DNA from: an uncultured Lachnospiraceae bacterium
Lineage (GTDB): Bacteria; Bacillota; Clostridia; Lachnospirales; Lachnospiraceae
Reading direction: 5' to 3'
NCBI GenBank assembly: GCA_910588865.1
Contig: CAJUSJ010000006.1
Coordinates: 4,755 to 68,754 of the forward strand
DNA: 64,000 bases
Positions 47,327-56,741 of this stretch are shown here, one piece after another (position 1 is the stretch's first letter; every line of letters starts with the position of its first letter). Made by a program: the position numbers and the translations under genes. The notes beneath the pieces are model-generated. The model worked only from the letters and a program-made list of their open reading frames with translations, was not told the origin of the DNA and ran no database searches.

Positions 47327-48010
47327 ATGCAGTATAGAGTATTGGGAGATACCATGCCAGCCGTTGAGGTGCTGTTTGACGCTGCCGGGGAGGGGATGTA
47401 CACACAGTCAGGAGGAATGGCGTGGATGACAGAGGGGGTGGAGATGTCCACCAACACCAAAGGCGGTTTGATGAAAGGGCTTGGGCGCATGTTTGCGGGG
47501 GAATCCCTGTTTATGGCTACTTACCGGGCCCAGAAGGCAGGGGCCATGATCGCGTTCGCGTCCACTGTGGCGGGGCGGATCCTGCCTGTGGATGTGAGCC
47601 AGGGCGGTTTAGTCTGCCAGAAGGGCGCTTTTCTGTGCGCACAGGAGAGTGTTAACCTGGATATCACCTTTACCAAGAAATTTTCCGCGGGCCTGTTCGG
47701 CGGGGAGGGCTTTATCCTTCAGGAGATAAGCGGCCAGGGGATGGCTTTCCTTGAGATAGACGGAGACATGGTGGAGAAGAATCTGGCTCCCGGAGAGGTT
47801 CTCAAGGTGGACACGGGTAATGTGGTGGCCTTTGAGAAGAGTGTAAACTATGAGGTGGAGACCGTAAAAGGTCTGGGAAATATCTTCTTCGGAGGGGAGG
47901 GCCTGTTCCTGACCAAGCTGACCGGTCCGGGAAGAGTGGTTCTTCAGACCCAGAATATCGCTGAGTTCGCCGGACGTATCGCCCGTTTTATCCCTACCAG
48001 CGGAAAGTAA
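47327..48010 (+). CDS. AIM24/TIGR00266 (DUF124) family protein
   Basis: 227 aa. The N-terminus YRVLGDTMPAVEVLFDAAGEGMYTQSGGMAWM and the beta-rich repeat pattern are typical of the family. Confidence 0.7.
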   Translation: MQYRVLGDTMPAVEVLFDAAGEGMYTQSGGMAWMTEGVEMSTNTKGGLMKGLGRMFAGESLFMATYRAQKAGAMIAFASTVAGRILPVDVSQGGLVCQKGAFLCAQESVNLDITFTKKFSAGLFGGEGFILQEISGQGMAFLEIDGDMVEKNLAPGEVLKVDTGNVVAFEKSVNYEVETVKGLGNIFFGGEGLFLTKLTGPGRVVLQTQNIAEFAGRIARFIPTSGK

Positions 48011-48025
48011 AAGGAGGAAAAGAAA

Positions 48026-48991
48026 ATGATGAAGAGATTACTGGCCATCGGGGAAGCCCTTATTGATTTTATACCAGAAGAGACTGGAAAAGAACTGAAA
48101 AATGTGCGCGGTTTTCAGCCAGCGGTGGGAGGGGCTCCGGCCAATGTGTGCGGCGCTTTCGTAAAGCTGGGCGGGGAAGCCGCCATGATCACACAGCTGG
48201 GGGATGATCCCTTTGGAGACAAGATCGCGGATGAGTTCGCCTCCTGCGGGATCAGCTGTGATTATGTTAAGAGGACAAAGGAGGCCAACACCTCCCTGGC
48301 CTTTGTGGCCCTCAAGGAAGACGGCAACCGGGAGTTTTCCTTCTACCGGAAGCCGGGGGCTGATATGCTGCTGAAGCCGGAGGATGTGAAGGAGGAGTGG
48401 TTTGAGGATGCCTTTGCTCTCCACTTCTGTTCGGTTTCCCTGGGAGATTTCCCCATGAAGGAGGCCCACAGAAAGGCCATTCAGTACGGAGCGGCCAGGG
48501 GAGCTATCATAAGCTTTGATCCCAATCTCCGCCTGCAGCTTTGGGATGACCCCGAAAAGCTGCGTCAGGCTATACTGGAGTTCATGCCCCTTAGCCATGT
48601 GCTCAAGATCTCCGACGAGGAGCTGGAGTTTATCACAGGCTGTGCCAGTATTGAGGAGGCTCTTCCGAAGCTTTTGACAGGAAACACTGCCATGGTGATC
48701 TACACCAAGGGGTCTGAGGGGGCGGAATGCTACACCGCGGGCGCGAGAGCCAGCGCCCTCAGCCAGAAGGTGAAGGCTGTGGACACCACGGGAGCGGGAG
48801 ACGGATTTATCGGATCTTTCTTATACCGGCTGGCCTCCTTAAAGGTGACGGCTGAGAATCTGTCCAGCGTGGCTGGGGAGGAGCTGGAAGCCTGCCTTAA
48901 GTTCGCCAACGCCTTCTGCGGCATCAGCGTGACAAAGCATGGGGCCATTGCCTCCTACCCAACCATGGAGGAGATGAAGGAGTGGGTCTGA
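48026..48991 (+). CDS. PfkB-family sugar kinase (fructokinase-like)
   Basis: LAIGEALIDFIP, GGAPANV, and the C-terminal DTTGAGDGFIGSFL. Confidence 0.8.
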   Translation: MMKRLLAIGEALIDFIPEETGKELKNVRGFQPAVGGAPANVCGAFVKLGGEAAMITQLGDDPFGDKIADEFASCGISCDYVKRTKEANTSLAFVALKEDGNREFSFYRKPGADMLLKPEDVKEEWFEDAFALHFCSVSLGDFPMKEAHRKAIQYGAARGAIISFDPNLRLQLWDDPEKLRQAILEFMPLSHVLKISDEELEFITGCASIEEALPKLLTGNTAMVIYTKGSEGAECYTAGARASALSQKVKAVDTTGAGDGFIGSFLYRLASLKVTAENLSSVAGEELEACLKFANAFCGISVTKHGAIASYPTMEEMKEWV

Positions 48992-48992
48992 T

Positions 48993-50168
48993 CTAATAGG
49001 CCTCCACTGCTTTCAGGTACACGGCAAGCTCCAGTTCAAGAGCGATCGACAGCCCTCTCTGGTCGATCTGGAATTTACAGTTGTGATGGGGAGCGGCCTG
49101 GTCCACAAGGTCCGGGTCCGCCATCCCCACATGGAAGAAGGTGCCGGGCTTTTTCAGAAGATAGTAACTGAAATCTTCTCCTCCAAGGCCCGGCTCTTCT
49201 GTTTTCCAGACATAGCCCATGGCCTCCGCTGCCTGGCGGACCAGAAGAGTCTCTGTCTCCGTGTTCACGGTGGAGGGGTAGCCGACGGTGGTGGTTACCT
49301 GGCAGGTACAGCCATAAGCGCCGCAGATCCCCTCACAAACCTTGTTTAAGTGCTTAAACAGGGAATCGGTAAGGTCGTTGTTAAAAGTTCTTAAATTACC
49401 GCCCAGGGTCACTTCCGACGGGATGATGTTGGGATACTGGCCGCCCTGTATGTAAGATACGGTGAAAACCGCTTTCTCTAAGGGGCTGGCCTTCTCCGCC
49501 AGGAGCTGGTTGACGGCAGAGGCCAGAAGGCAGGCCACGGGGACAGGATTTACCCCGTTCTGGGGGGCGCTGCCGTGTCCTCCTTTGCCCTTGACCGTCA
49601 CCTCATAGACCCCGACGCAGGCAGAGTCGGCCCCCATATTGGAGACGATTTCACCCAGGGCCATGTTGGCGGAACAGTGGAGCCCATAGATGGCGTCTAC
49701 GTCATCCATGACGCCGTCCTCACACAGGCTTTTGGCACCGCCGGGAAGCTTTTCCTCTCCGCTCTGGAAGATGAATTTTACCGTTCCCTTTATGAGCTCC
49801 CGATGCTGGGCCAGAAGGGCGGCAAAGGCCAGGAGGGTGGCGGTGTGGCTGTCGTGGCCGCAGGCATGCATTACCCCGAAAGTCGCGGACTTGTAAGGAA
49901 GGTCGGTTTCTTCCTGGACAGGAAGGGCGTCAATGTCTGCCCGGAAAGCGATCACAGGCCCAGGGACAGAGCCTTCCAGGATACCTGCTACGCTGGTGCC
50001 GCGGATGCCCTCCTGAAGGCGGATGCCCAGCCCGGTCAGGTGTTCTTTGATGTAAGCGCTGGTCTCATACTCCTGAAAGGACAGCTCCGGGTGGGCGTGG
50101 AGATGGTGAAAATGTTTCAGCTGCAGGTCTGTATAACCTTGTGTCAGTTTTTTTACAAGTTCTTTCAT
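48993..50168 (-). CDS. M20-family amidohydrolase (aminoacylase/hippurate hydrolase-like)
   Basis: Trimmed to MKELVKKL (50168), with AGGAGG upstream. HAHPELSFQE, MHACGHDSHTA and GGEDFSYY. Confidence 0.8.
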   Translation of the reverse strand: MKELVKKLTQGYTDLQLKHFHHLHAHPELSFQEYETSAYIKEHLTGLGIRLQEGIRGTSVAGILEGSVPGPVIAFRADIDALPVQEETDLPYKSATFGVMHACGHDSHTATLLAFAALLAQHRELIKGTVKFIFQSGEEKLPGGAKSLCEDGVMDDVDAIYGLHCSANMALGEIVSNMGADSACVGVYEVTVKGKGGHGSAPQNGVNPVPVACLLASAVNQLLAEKASPLEKAVFTVSYIQGGQYPNIIPSEVTLGGNLRTFNNDLTDSLFKHLNKVCEGICGAYGCTCQVTTTVGYPSTVNTETETLLVRQAAEAMGYVWKTEEPGLGGEDFSYYLLKKPGTFFHVGMADPDLVDQAAPHHNCKFQIDQRGLSIALELELAVYLKAVEAY

Positions 50169-50271
50169 GGCAAGTTTCCTCCTTATGTGAGCGATTCGCG
50201 GGTATTCATTAGTAGTGACGCTGTCACAGGGCATGTGAACAGTATCTCTATTGTATCATATTTTGAACAAA

Positions 50272-50309
50272 AGAGCAGGAGAATCAGTAGATTTTCCTGC
50301 TCTTTTTTA
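50272..50309. terminator. Orphan terminator-like hairpin in a divergent intergenic region
   Basis: 9-bp stem AGAGCAGGA (50272-50280) / TCCTGCTCT (50295-50303) followed by TTTTTAT. No same-strand gene upstream on either strand. Confidence 0.4.
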
Positions 50310-50367
50310 TTATAATAAGAAGGAAGCCGTACCTGGCTTCCTATAAAGAGTAAAGGCGGAAATAAGT

Positions 50368-51747
50368 ATGTATGAGATAGATTTCAGTAAACCATGTCAT
50401 GTGCATTTTATCGGTATCGGCGGGATCAGCATGAGCGGTCTGGCTGAGATCCTTATGGAGGAAGGGTTTAAGGTGTCCGGCTCTGACACCCACCGATCAG
50501 GGCTCACCGACCATTTGGAGAACAGAGGGGCGAAGGTGTTTTACGGACAGAAGGCAGCCAACATCACGGACAGCATCGACGCGGCAGTGTACACAGCGGC
50601 AGTGCACCCGGACAATCCGGAATACGCGGAGGCGGCAAAGAGGGGGATTCCCATGCTGAGCCGGGCGGAGCTTTTAGGGCAGATGATGAAGAATTATAAA
50701 TATGCGGCCGGCATTGCCGGAACCCATGGGAAGACCACCACCACCTCCATGGTGACAGAGATCCTTATGGCGGCCCACAGGGATCCCACCATATCCGTAG
50801 GAGGCATCTTAAATTCCATTGGAGGCAATATCCGGGTAGGCGGGTCTGAGCTGTTTGTGACAGAGGCCTGTGAGTACACCAACAGTTTTCTGTCCTTTTA
50901 CCCCAATATGGAGGTGATCTTAAATATTGAGGAGGATCACCTGGATTTCTTTAAGGATCTTGACGATATCCGCCATTCCTTCCACCTGTTCGCCAGACGT
51001 CTCCCCAGGGAAGGGGTGCTGGTGATCAACAGCGACATTGAAAATTATCAGGAGATCACGGATGGCCTTAAGTGCCGGGTGGTGACCGTGGGCCGCGACC
51101 CCAAAAGCGATTACAGCGCGGGACATATTGTGTATGACGAGTACGCGCGGGATACTTTTGACCTGATGATCGGGGGGAAGAAGGCAGAGGTCATCACACT
51201 GGGAGTGCCGGGTGAGCATAATGTGTACAATGCCCTGGCGGCCATTGCCCTGTGCCGGGAGCTGGGAGTGGACATGAAGGCTATCAAAGAGGGCCTGGCC
51301 CGTTTTATGGGAACCAACCGCAGGTTTGAGAAGAAAGGGGAGATGGGCGGCGTCACCATCATCGACGACTATGCCCACCACCCCAGGGAGATCGCGGCCA
51401 CCCTGGCCACGGCAAAAAATTATCCACACAGAAGGCTGTGGTGCGTGTTCCAGCCTCACACCTACAGCAGGACAAAGGCTTTCCTTGACCAGTTCGCGGA
51501 GAGTCTCGCTGCGGCTGACGAGGTGATCCTGGCGGACATCTACGCGGCCAGGGAGACCGACACTTTGGGGATCAGCTCCCGGGATATCGCGGAGAGGATC
51601 CGGGAAAGAGGGACCATTGCCCACTACTTTTCCACATTTGAAGAAATTGAGAAATTTATTTTAAAAAATTGTGTTCACGGTGATTTGTTGATAACTATGG
51701 GGGCCGGAGATATTGTAAATGTGGGGGAAAACCTCCTTGGAAGGTAA
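50368..51747 (+). CDS. murC: UDP-N-acetylmuramate--L-alanine ligase
   Basis: HFIGIGGISMSGLAEIL and GTHGKTTTTSM. Mur ligase middle and C-terminal domains. Confidence 0.93.
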   Translation: MYEIDFSKPCHVHFIGIGGISMSGLAEILMEEGFKVSGSDTHRSGLTDHLENRGAKVFYGQKAANITDSIDAAVYTAAVHPDNPEYAEAAKRGIPMLSRAELLGQMMKNYKYAAGIAGTHGKTTTTSMVTEILMAAHRDPTISVGGILNSIGGNIRVGGSELFVTEACEYTNSFLSFYPNMEVILNIEEDHLDFFKDLDDIRHSFHLFARRLPREGVLVINSDIENYQEITDGLKCRVVTVGRDPKSDYSAGHIVYDEYARDTFDLMIGGKKAEVITLGVPGEHNVYNALAAIALCRELGVDMKAIKEGLARFMGTNRRFEKKGEMGGVTIIDDYAHHPREIAATLATAKNYPHRRLWCVFQPHTYSRTKAFLDQFAESLAAADEVILADIYAARETDTLGISSRDIAERIRERGTIAHYFSTFEEIEKFILKNCVHGDLLITMGAGDIVNVGENLLGR

Positions 51748-51748
51748 G

Positions 51749-52021
51749 TTATCCACATTATCCACAGAGTTTTCAACATTTTTCGGGGAAAACCTCTGTG
51801 GATTTCTTGATTTACATAATAAATAGTGTGTAAATTTGGAAAGCCTTGATTTTCAGGGGATTTTACAAAATACGACAGATTTTTCCTGATTATGTAGACC
51901 TGCCTTCCACATTATCCACATTATCCACAATCCCATGGTGGATAAATCCCGCCTATTTTCTTTTGAATCCACATGTGGTATGATTGGAAATGAGAGGAAG
52001 GATAGGGTGAATTGTGGATAT
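51749..52021. promoter_or_regulatory. DnaA-box cluster upstream of, and overlapping the start of, the dnaD-like gene
   Basis: Perfect TTATCCACA at 51749-51757, 51758-51766, 51912-51920 and 51921-51929. One-mismatch boxes lie at 51937-51945 (reverse) and 52013-52021 (reverse); two-mismatch boxes at 51965-51973 and 51797-51805 (reverse). An AT-rich spacer runs 51806-51900. An extended -10, TGGTATGAT, lies at 51976-51984. Confidence 0.8.
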
Positions 52022-53087
52022 GAGAAACTGTCTGGAGATAAAAGCCACCCTGGTGGCCAATGAGTTTATTGACAGGTACATGACAGCGGCCAGCGGGGAG
52101 TACGTGAAGGTCTATCTGTACCTTTTGAGGCACCAGGGTGAGGATTGGGATATCGGAGAGATCGCCGACGCGCTGAACCACACAGAGTCTGATGTGAGGA
52201 GGGCTCTGGGGTACTGGGTGAGGCAGGGAGTGCTGGCGGAGGCTGACGCGGCGGCAGGGAGACCAGGCCCGGGCGGCGGCCAGGAAGCCGTAAGCCCGGG
52301 AGACCTAAGTCCCGGGGTACAGCCGGAAAGCGGGGACAATGGCGGAATTTCGGCCAGAAGCGGCGGGGGAAATGAGGCGGCAACAGCGGCGGGCAGGGAA
52401 CGCCGGAAGCTGTACACCCCGGAGCAGGTGAGCCGTCTGGCGGGCCAGGAGGATTTTACCCAGCTTCTGTACATATCTCAAAAATATATGAACAAGGTGT
52501 TCACGCCCAGGGAGTGCGAGGTTTTCGCCTATCTCTACGACGCCCTAGGCATGTCGTCGGAGCTTTTGGAGTATCTGGTGGAGTACTGTGTCCAGGGAGG
52601 GCATTACAGCATCCGCTATTTGGAGTCCGTGGCATTGAACTGGCACGAGAAGGGGATCGTTACCGTGGATATGGCCAAAGAGTACACATCCACCTTTTCC
52701 AAAGAGGGCTTCGCAGTCATGAAGGCTTTCGGCATCAGCGACAGGAGACCCGGGGATTCGGAACAGGCCATGATCAGAAAATGGTTTCGGGAATATGGAT
52801 TTACAAAGGATATCGTCCTGGAGGCCTGCGGCCGGACTTTAAAAGCCATCCACAAGCCCAGCTTTTCCTATGCGGACAAGATCCTGTCAGACTGGAAGAA
52901 GGGCGGGGTCCGGGTCCTGGCCGATGTGGGAAGGATGGACGAGAAGAGGGATGGCAGAAAGAATGACAAGGGCACAGGAGCGGTAAAGCCTGCCAAAAAC
53001 CAGTTCCACAATTTTGAGCAGCGGGGCACCAACTATGACGCCATGGTGCTGGAACGTCTGAAGGAAAGGCTGGAGGATAAAAAGTGA
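52014..53087 (+). CDS. DnaD-domain replication initiation/helicase-loading protein (B. subtilis DnaB/DnaD-like)
   Basis: 357 aa (alternative ATG at 52020). Two DnaB_2-type repeats (ECEVFAYLYDALGMSSELLEYLVEYC...IRYLESVALNWHEKGI and IVLEACGRTLKAIHKPSFSYADKILSDWKKGG) separated from the N-domain by a Gly/Ala/Pro-rich linker. Confidence 0.75.
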   Translation: MDMRNCLEIKATLVANEFIDRYMTAASGEYVKVYLYLLRHQGEDWDIGEIADALNHTESDVRRALGYWVRQGVLAEADAAAGRPGPGGGQEAVSPGDLSPGVQPESGDNGGISARSGGGNEAATAAGRERRKLYTPEQVSRLAGQEDFTQLLYISQKYMNKVFTPRECEVFAYLYDALGMSSELLEYLVEYCVQGGHYSIRYLESVALNWHEKGIVTVDMAKEYTSTFSKEGFAVMKAFGISDRRPGDSEQAMIRKWFREYGFTKDIVLEACGRTLKAIHKPSFSYADKILSDWKKGGVRVLADVGRMDEKRDGRKNDKGTGAVKPAKNQFHNFEQRGTNYDAMVLERLKERLEDKK

Positions 53088-53123
53088 GGGTAAAACAGGC
53101 GGAAAGTCAGCAAGGAGGGAGAT

Positions 53124-54104
53124 ATGGCACTGAGTAATTCCCAGTATGACGCGATCATGCGGATCTATAATCAACGTCAGTTTCAAAATAAATATCAGCA
53201 GGACAAGAGGGTGAAGGAGATCTATCGCCACCTTCCTCAGATCCGGCAGATTGATGATGCCATCAGCACCCAGGCAGTGGCCTGCGGGAAGCGGCTTTTA
53301 GACGGAGATCATAAGGCCATGGAGGTGCTGAAGCGGCATCTTGAGGATTTGAGGGAACAGAAGACCGTGCTTTTGGAGGCCAATGGTTACAGCCCGGACT
53401 ATATGGAGCTCCGCTATCACTGCCCGGACTGCCAGGATACCGGGTATATAAATGGAAAGAAATGCCGCTGCTTTAAGAGAGAGGAGATAAGCCTTCTGTA
53501 CGCCCAGTCCAATATTAAGGAGGTGCTGGAGAGAGAGAATTTTTCTGCATTTACCTTTGACTACTATGATAACCGGGAGGTGATTCCCCAGATCGGCATG
53601 ACCGTGGCCGACTATATGAAGCAGGTCTACGGTTGGTGCCGGGAGTACGTGGAAGGCTTTAAGGAGAAGGGCGGCAACCTGATCTTTACAGGAAGCACCG
53701 GGGTGGGGAAGACCTTTCTCACCAACTGTATTGCCAAGGAGCTGATTGACCGGTACCAGTCAGTGATCTACTTATCATCCAATGACCTGTTTGACATTTT
53801 CTCTAAAAATAAGTTCCACTATGACACAGAGGAGGAAATGCAGGACATGTACCAGCATATCCTGGAATGCGATCTGCTGATCATCGATGATCTGGGGACA
53901 GAGCTGAACAATGCTTTTGTCTCCTCCCAGCTTTTTTACTGTGTCAACCAGCGGCTGATCCGGAAAAAGGGGACCATCATCTCAACCAATCTGTCCATGG
54001 ACATGCTTAGGGACACGTATTCGGACAGGATCTCGTCCAGGATCGTCAGCCAGTATTCGATCATCCCCCTGTACGGAGGGGATATCAGAACAAAAAAACG
54101 CTGA
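53124..54104 (+). CDS. DnaI/DnaC-like AAA+ helicase loader
   Basis: 326 aa. Zinc motif CPDCQDTGYINGKKCRC, Walker A GSTGVGKTFL and Walker B LLIIDDLG. Confidence 0.8.
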   Translation: MALSNSQYDAIMRIYNQRQFQNKYQQDKRVKEIYRHLPQIRQIDDAISTQAVACGKRLLDGDHKAMEVLKRHLEDLREQKTVLLEANGYSPDYMELRYHCPDCQDTGYINGKKCRCFKREEISLLYAQSNIKEVLERENFSAFTFDYYDNREVIPQIGMTVADYMKQVYGWCREYVEGFKEKGGNLIFTGSTGVGKTFLTNCIAKELIDRYQSVIYLSSNDLFDIFSKNKFHYDTEEEMQDMYQHILECDLLIIDDLGTELNNAFVSSQLFYCVNQRLIRKKGTIISTNLSMDMLRDTYSDRISSRIVSQYSIIPLYGGDIRTKKR

Positions 54105-54176
54105 TCATCTTGACTAATTTCAGTCATAATGATATAAAGGATTTGTCGAAGAAAACCGCATAGATGGAGGAAAAAC

Positions 54177-55349
54177 ATGATATACGAAGAGAAGACCATT
54201 GAAACCATTCCGGTTGGCCCCCTTGGACTTGTTCCCCTGAAAAGCTGTACGGAATTGGGAAATAAAGTAAATGAGTATCTTGTAAACTGGAGACAAGAGC
54301 GAGAAAGCGAACATAAATCAACCATTGCGTTTGCCGGATATCAGCGAGATTCCTATATTATCGGTGCCAAGACCCCCCGGTTCGGCTCAGGGGAGGCAAA
54401 AGGCGCTTTGGAAGAATCTGTCCGGGGCGATGACCTGTATATCATGGTGGATGTGTGCAATTACAGTCTGACCTACTCCTTATGCGGTATGACGAACCAC
54501 ATGTCTCCAGATGACCATTTTCAGGATTTAAAGAGAATCATCGCCGCCGCCGCGGGTAAGGCCCGCAGGATCAACGTGATCATGCCCTTCCTCTATGAGG
54601 GAAGGCAGCACAAGCGTTCCAGCAGGGAGTCTCTTGACTGCGCCCTGGCTCTCCAGGAGCTGGTCAACATGGGGGTTGAGAACATCATCACCTTTGACGC
54701 CCATGATCCCAGAGTCCAGAACGCGATCCCAGAGAAGGGATTTGAGACCGTGCAGCCCACATATCAGTTTATCAAGCATCTTTTGAAGGTGGAGACGGAG
54801 CTTCAGATCGACAGCGACCACATGATGGTCATCAGCCCTGATGAGGGAGGCATGACCCGGGCCGTGTATTTTGCCAATGTGCTGGGACTGGATATGGGTA
54901 TGTTCTACAAACGCCGGGACTACACCCGCATTGTGGATGGACGCAACCCCATTGTGGCTCATGAATTTTTGGGAACCAGCGTGGAGGGCAAGGATGTGAT
55001 CATTGTAGACGACATGATCTCCTCCGGCGAGAGTATGATGGATGTGGCGTCAGAGCTGAAGCGGCGGAAGGCCAGGAAGGTGTTCGTATTCTCAACCTTC
55101 GGCCTGTTTACCAATGGCCTGGACAAGTTTGACAAGTTTCATGAGGACGGAATCATCGACAGGATTTTTACTACCAATTTAGTATACCAGAGTCCGGAGC
55201 TTCTCTCCAGGCCTTACTATGGAAGCGTGGATATGAGTAAGTATGTTGCCCTGATTATTGATAACTTAAACCATGACGCCTCCTTAAGCGACCTGCTGAA
55301 CCCGGCAGGGCGGATCAACCGGCTGCTGGACCGGTATCGGAACCGGTAG
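54177..55349 (+). CDS. prs: Ribose-phosphate pyrophosphokinase (long form)
   Basis: 390 aa with VISPDEGGMTRA and the PRPP-binding loop DVIIVDDMISSGESM. Confidence 0.8.
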   Translation: MIYEEKTIETIPVGPLGLVPLKSCTELGNKVNEYLVNWRQERESEHKSTIAFAGYQRDSYIIGAKTPRFGSGEAKGALEESVRGDDLYIMVDVCNYSLTYSLCGMTNHMSPDDHFQDLKRIIAAAAGKARRINVIMPFLYEGRQHKRSSRESLDCALALQELVNMGVENIITFDAHDPRVQNAIPEKGFETVQPTYQFIKHLLKVETELQIDSDHMMVISPDEGGMTRAVYFANVLGLDMGMFYKRRDYTRIVDGRNPIVAHEFLGTSVEGKDVIIVDDMISSGESMMDVASELKRRKARKVFVFSTFGLFTNGLDKFDKFHEDGIIDRIFTTNLVYQSPELLSRPYYGSVDMSKYVALIIDNLNHDASLSDLLNPAGRINRLLDRYRNR

Positions 55350-55358
55350 GGAGAGCGT

Positions 55359-55577
55359 ATGTTTGGGAAGAGGAAAAAGGCTGTGATGAAGGTTTCCTTT
55401 GACAGGGAAAATCAGAAAGCTGTTGTAAGATGCGGTATCTGTACAGGGGAGCAGGTGGCCGGGTTCAAGGACAGGAGGACCGGGAAGTTTACTGAGGTCA
55501 TGGCGGTGAAAGGAGGCGGTGACCTTGAGAGGTTTATGGAGATGTATGGGGTGGAGAGGGTGGAGAAAATATATTAG
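55359..55577 (+). CDS. Small hypothetical protein
   Basis: 72-aa ORF, 10 nt after prs. Contains VRCGICTGE. No recognised family. Confidence 0.45.
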   Translation: MFGKRKKAVMKVSFDRENQKAVVRCGICTGEQVAGFKDRRTGKFTEVMAVKGGGDLERFMEMYGVERVEKIY

Positions 55578-55825
55578 CTGCTGTTCGTCAGAATTATAAT
55601 GAGATCACTGATATGCGCGGAAAAATCGCGGAACCGATTTTTTTCACCAAAAATGGGGAGGGCGAACTGGTCGTCATGGATATTGAAACCTATAACAGAA
55701 GGGAGAAAATGTTGAAGCTTAGAGAGGAGCTGCTTGCGGTTGAGGAGGACAGGATGGCTGGCAGGGCAGATTGTACCCTTGATGAGTTGGACGTTTATCT
55801 TGAAAATATAATGGCCGGGGTGTAG
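55577..55825 (+). pseudogene. N-terminally truncated Phd/YefM- or RelB-like antitoxin remnant
   Basis: The in-frame read AAVRQNYNEITDMRGKIAEPIFFTKNGEGELVVMDIETYNRREKML fits an antitoxin N-domain lacking its first ~8 residues and its start codon. The only ATG (55613) lies inside the domain. Confidence 0.45.
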
Positions 55826-55893
55826 CATACGCCAGAAAACAGGGACGATAAAGTCATTGTTTCTGACAGGGCAAAGAGGATGCCAGAATCCCG

Positions 55894-56451
55894 CTATACC
55901 GTCTCCCGTATCACCCTGTCCAGAGCCAGGGCTGCCCGTGACTGGTAGGTGGAGTAGGGATGAGCCAGCCCCAGCCCTTCCCTGGCCATGGCCACCCCCA
56001 TGGCGGCGGTAATGTTGGAATTGTGGGAAATCACCCGGACCCCGGCCTTTTTAAATTCCCGGCGGCTGATGCTGCCCAGGATGGTGTCATAATCGCTGAG
56101 AATATATTCATACTCAGCCGTGTCTTTTAGATCCACCCGGTAATAAGGGGAGCCGTCCCGCTTCCGGGCGTGTTTCATCACGGGGTGGTGTCGGTTCGCG
56201 ACAAGAAAGATCTCATCTCTTTTTAAAAATTCCACTTCATGGTCCACCCGGGTCAGGGGGAGGGCTACAATCGCCAGGTCCACAGATCCCCGGACCAGAT
56301 GATCTTCTAAGGCCATGCTGTTGGCCTCCACAATATCTACCCGTACTCCGGGATATTTTTCATAAAATTTTTTCAGGATTTTCGGAAGCATATATTCTCC
56401 CCGGAAAGAACTGATGCCCAGGATAACCCGCCCGCCTTGTAAGTTGGCCAT
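55894..56451 (-). pseudogene. LysR-family regulator fragment (substrate-binding domain only)
   Basis: The 185-aa ORF starts in the linker (GGRVILGISSFRGEYMLPKIL...). Upstream in frame, only the linker helix EVFVDNARSILTHYRLVQNELSDM can be read before a stop. No HTH is recognisable. Confidence 0.6.
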
Positions 56452-56741
56452 GTCGGACAGCTCATTTTGTACCAGGCGGTAATGGGTCAGGATAGAGCGG
56501 GCGTTGTCTACAAAGACCTCCCCGGTGTGGCCATTGAGGCAGGAACCATTGAGCTGTTGTCAGCCTGGGCGGGAAGCAGCCTGCATGTGTGGATCGTGCC
56601 CATAGCCTTCAGCCTCATCGGGGCGGTCATAAGCTTTTTCTTCAGCACCCTGGGTGTGGTCTGCCCGGCTCTGTATCCCCGGTACCGGGGCCGGCGGCCA
56701 CGGCATTTAACCTGATCCTGTCATTGTTTTTGTAAGGAGGT

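Noticed and set aside
51749-52021. DnaA-box cluster considered as the chromosomal origin oriC
   Set aside because: No dnaA, dnaN or rpmH nearby, and flanking genes do not switch strand here. The cluster sits in a promoter region. I cannot exclude oriC without whole-replicon GC skew, so it is reported as a regulatory cluster.
56467-56715. 82-aa plus-strand ORF with a hydrophobic segment
   Set aside because: It lies in the debris zone between the LysR fragment and the kinase gene, has no RBS, and overlaps the remnant of the LysR linker on the other strand. More likely a gene scrap than a functional small protein.
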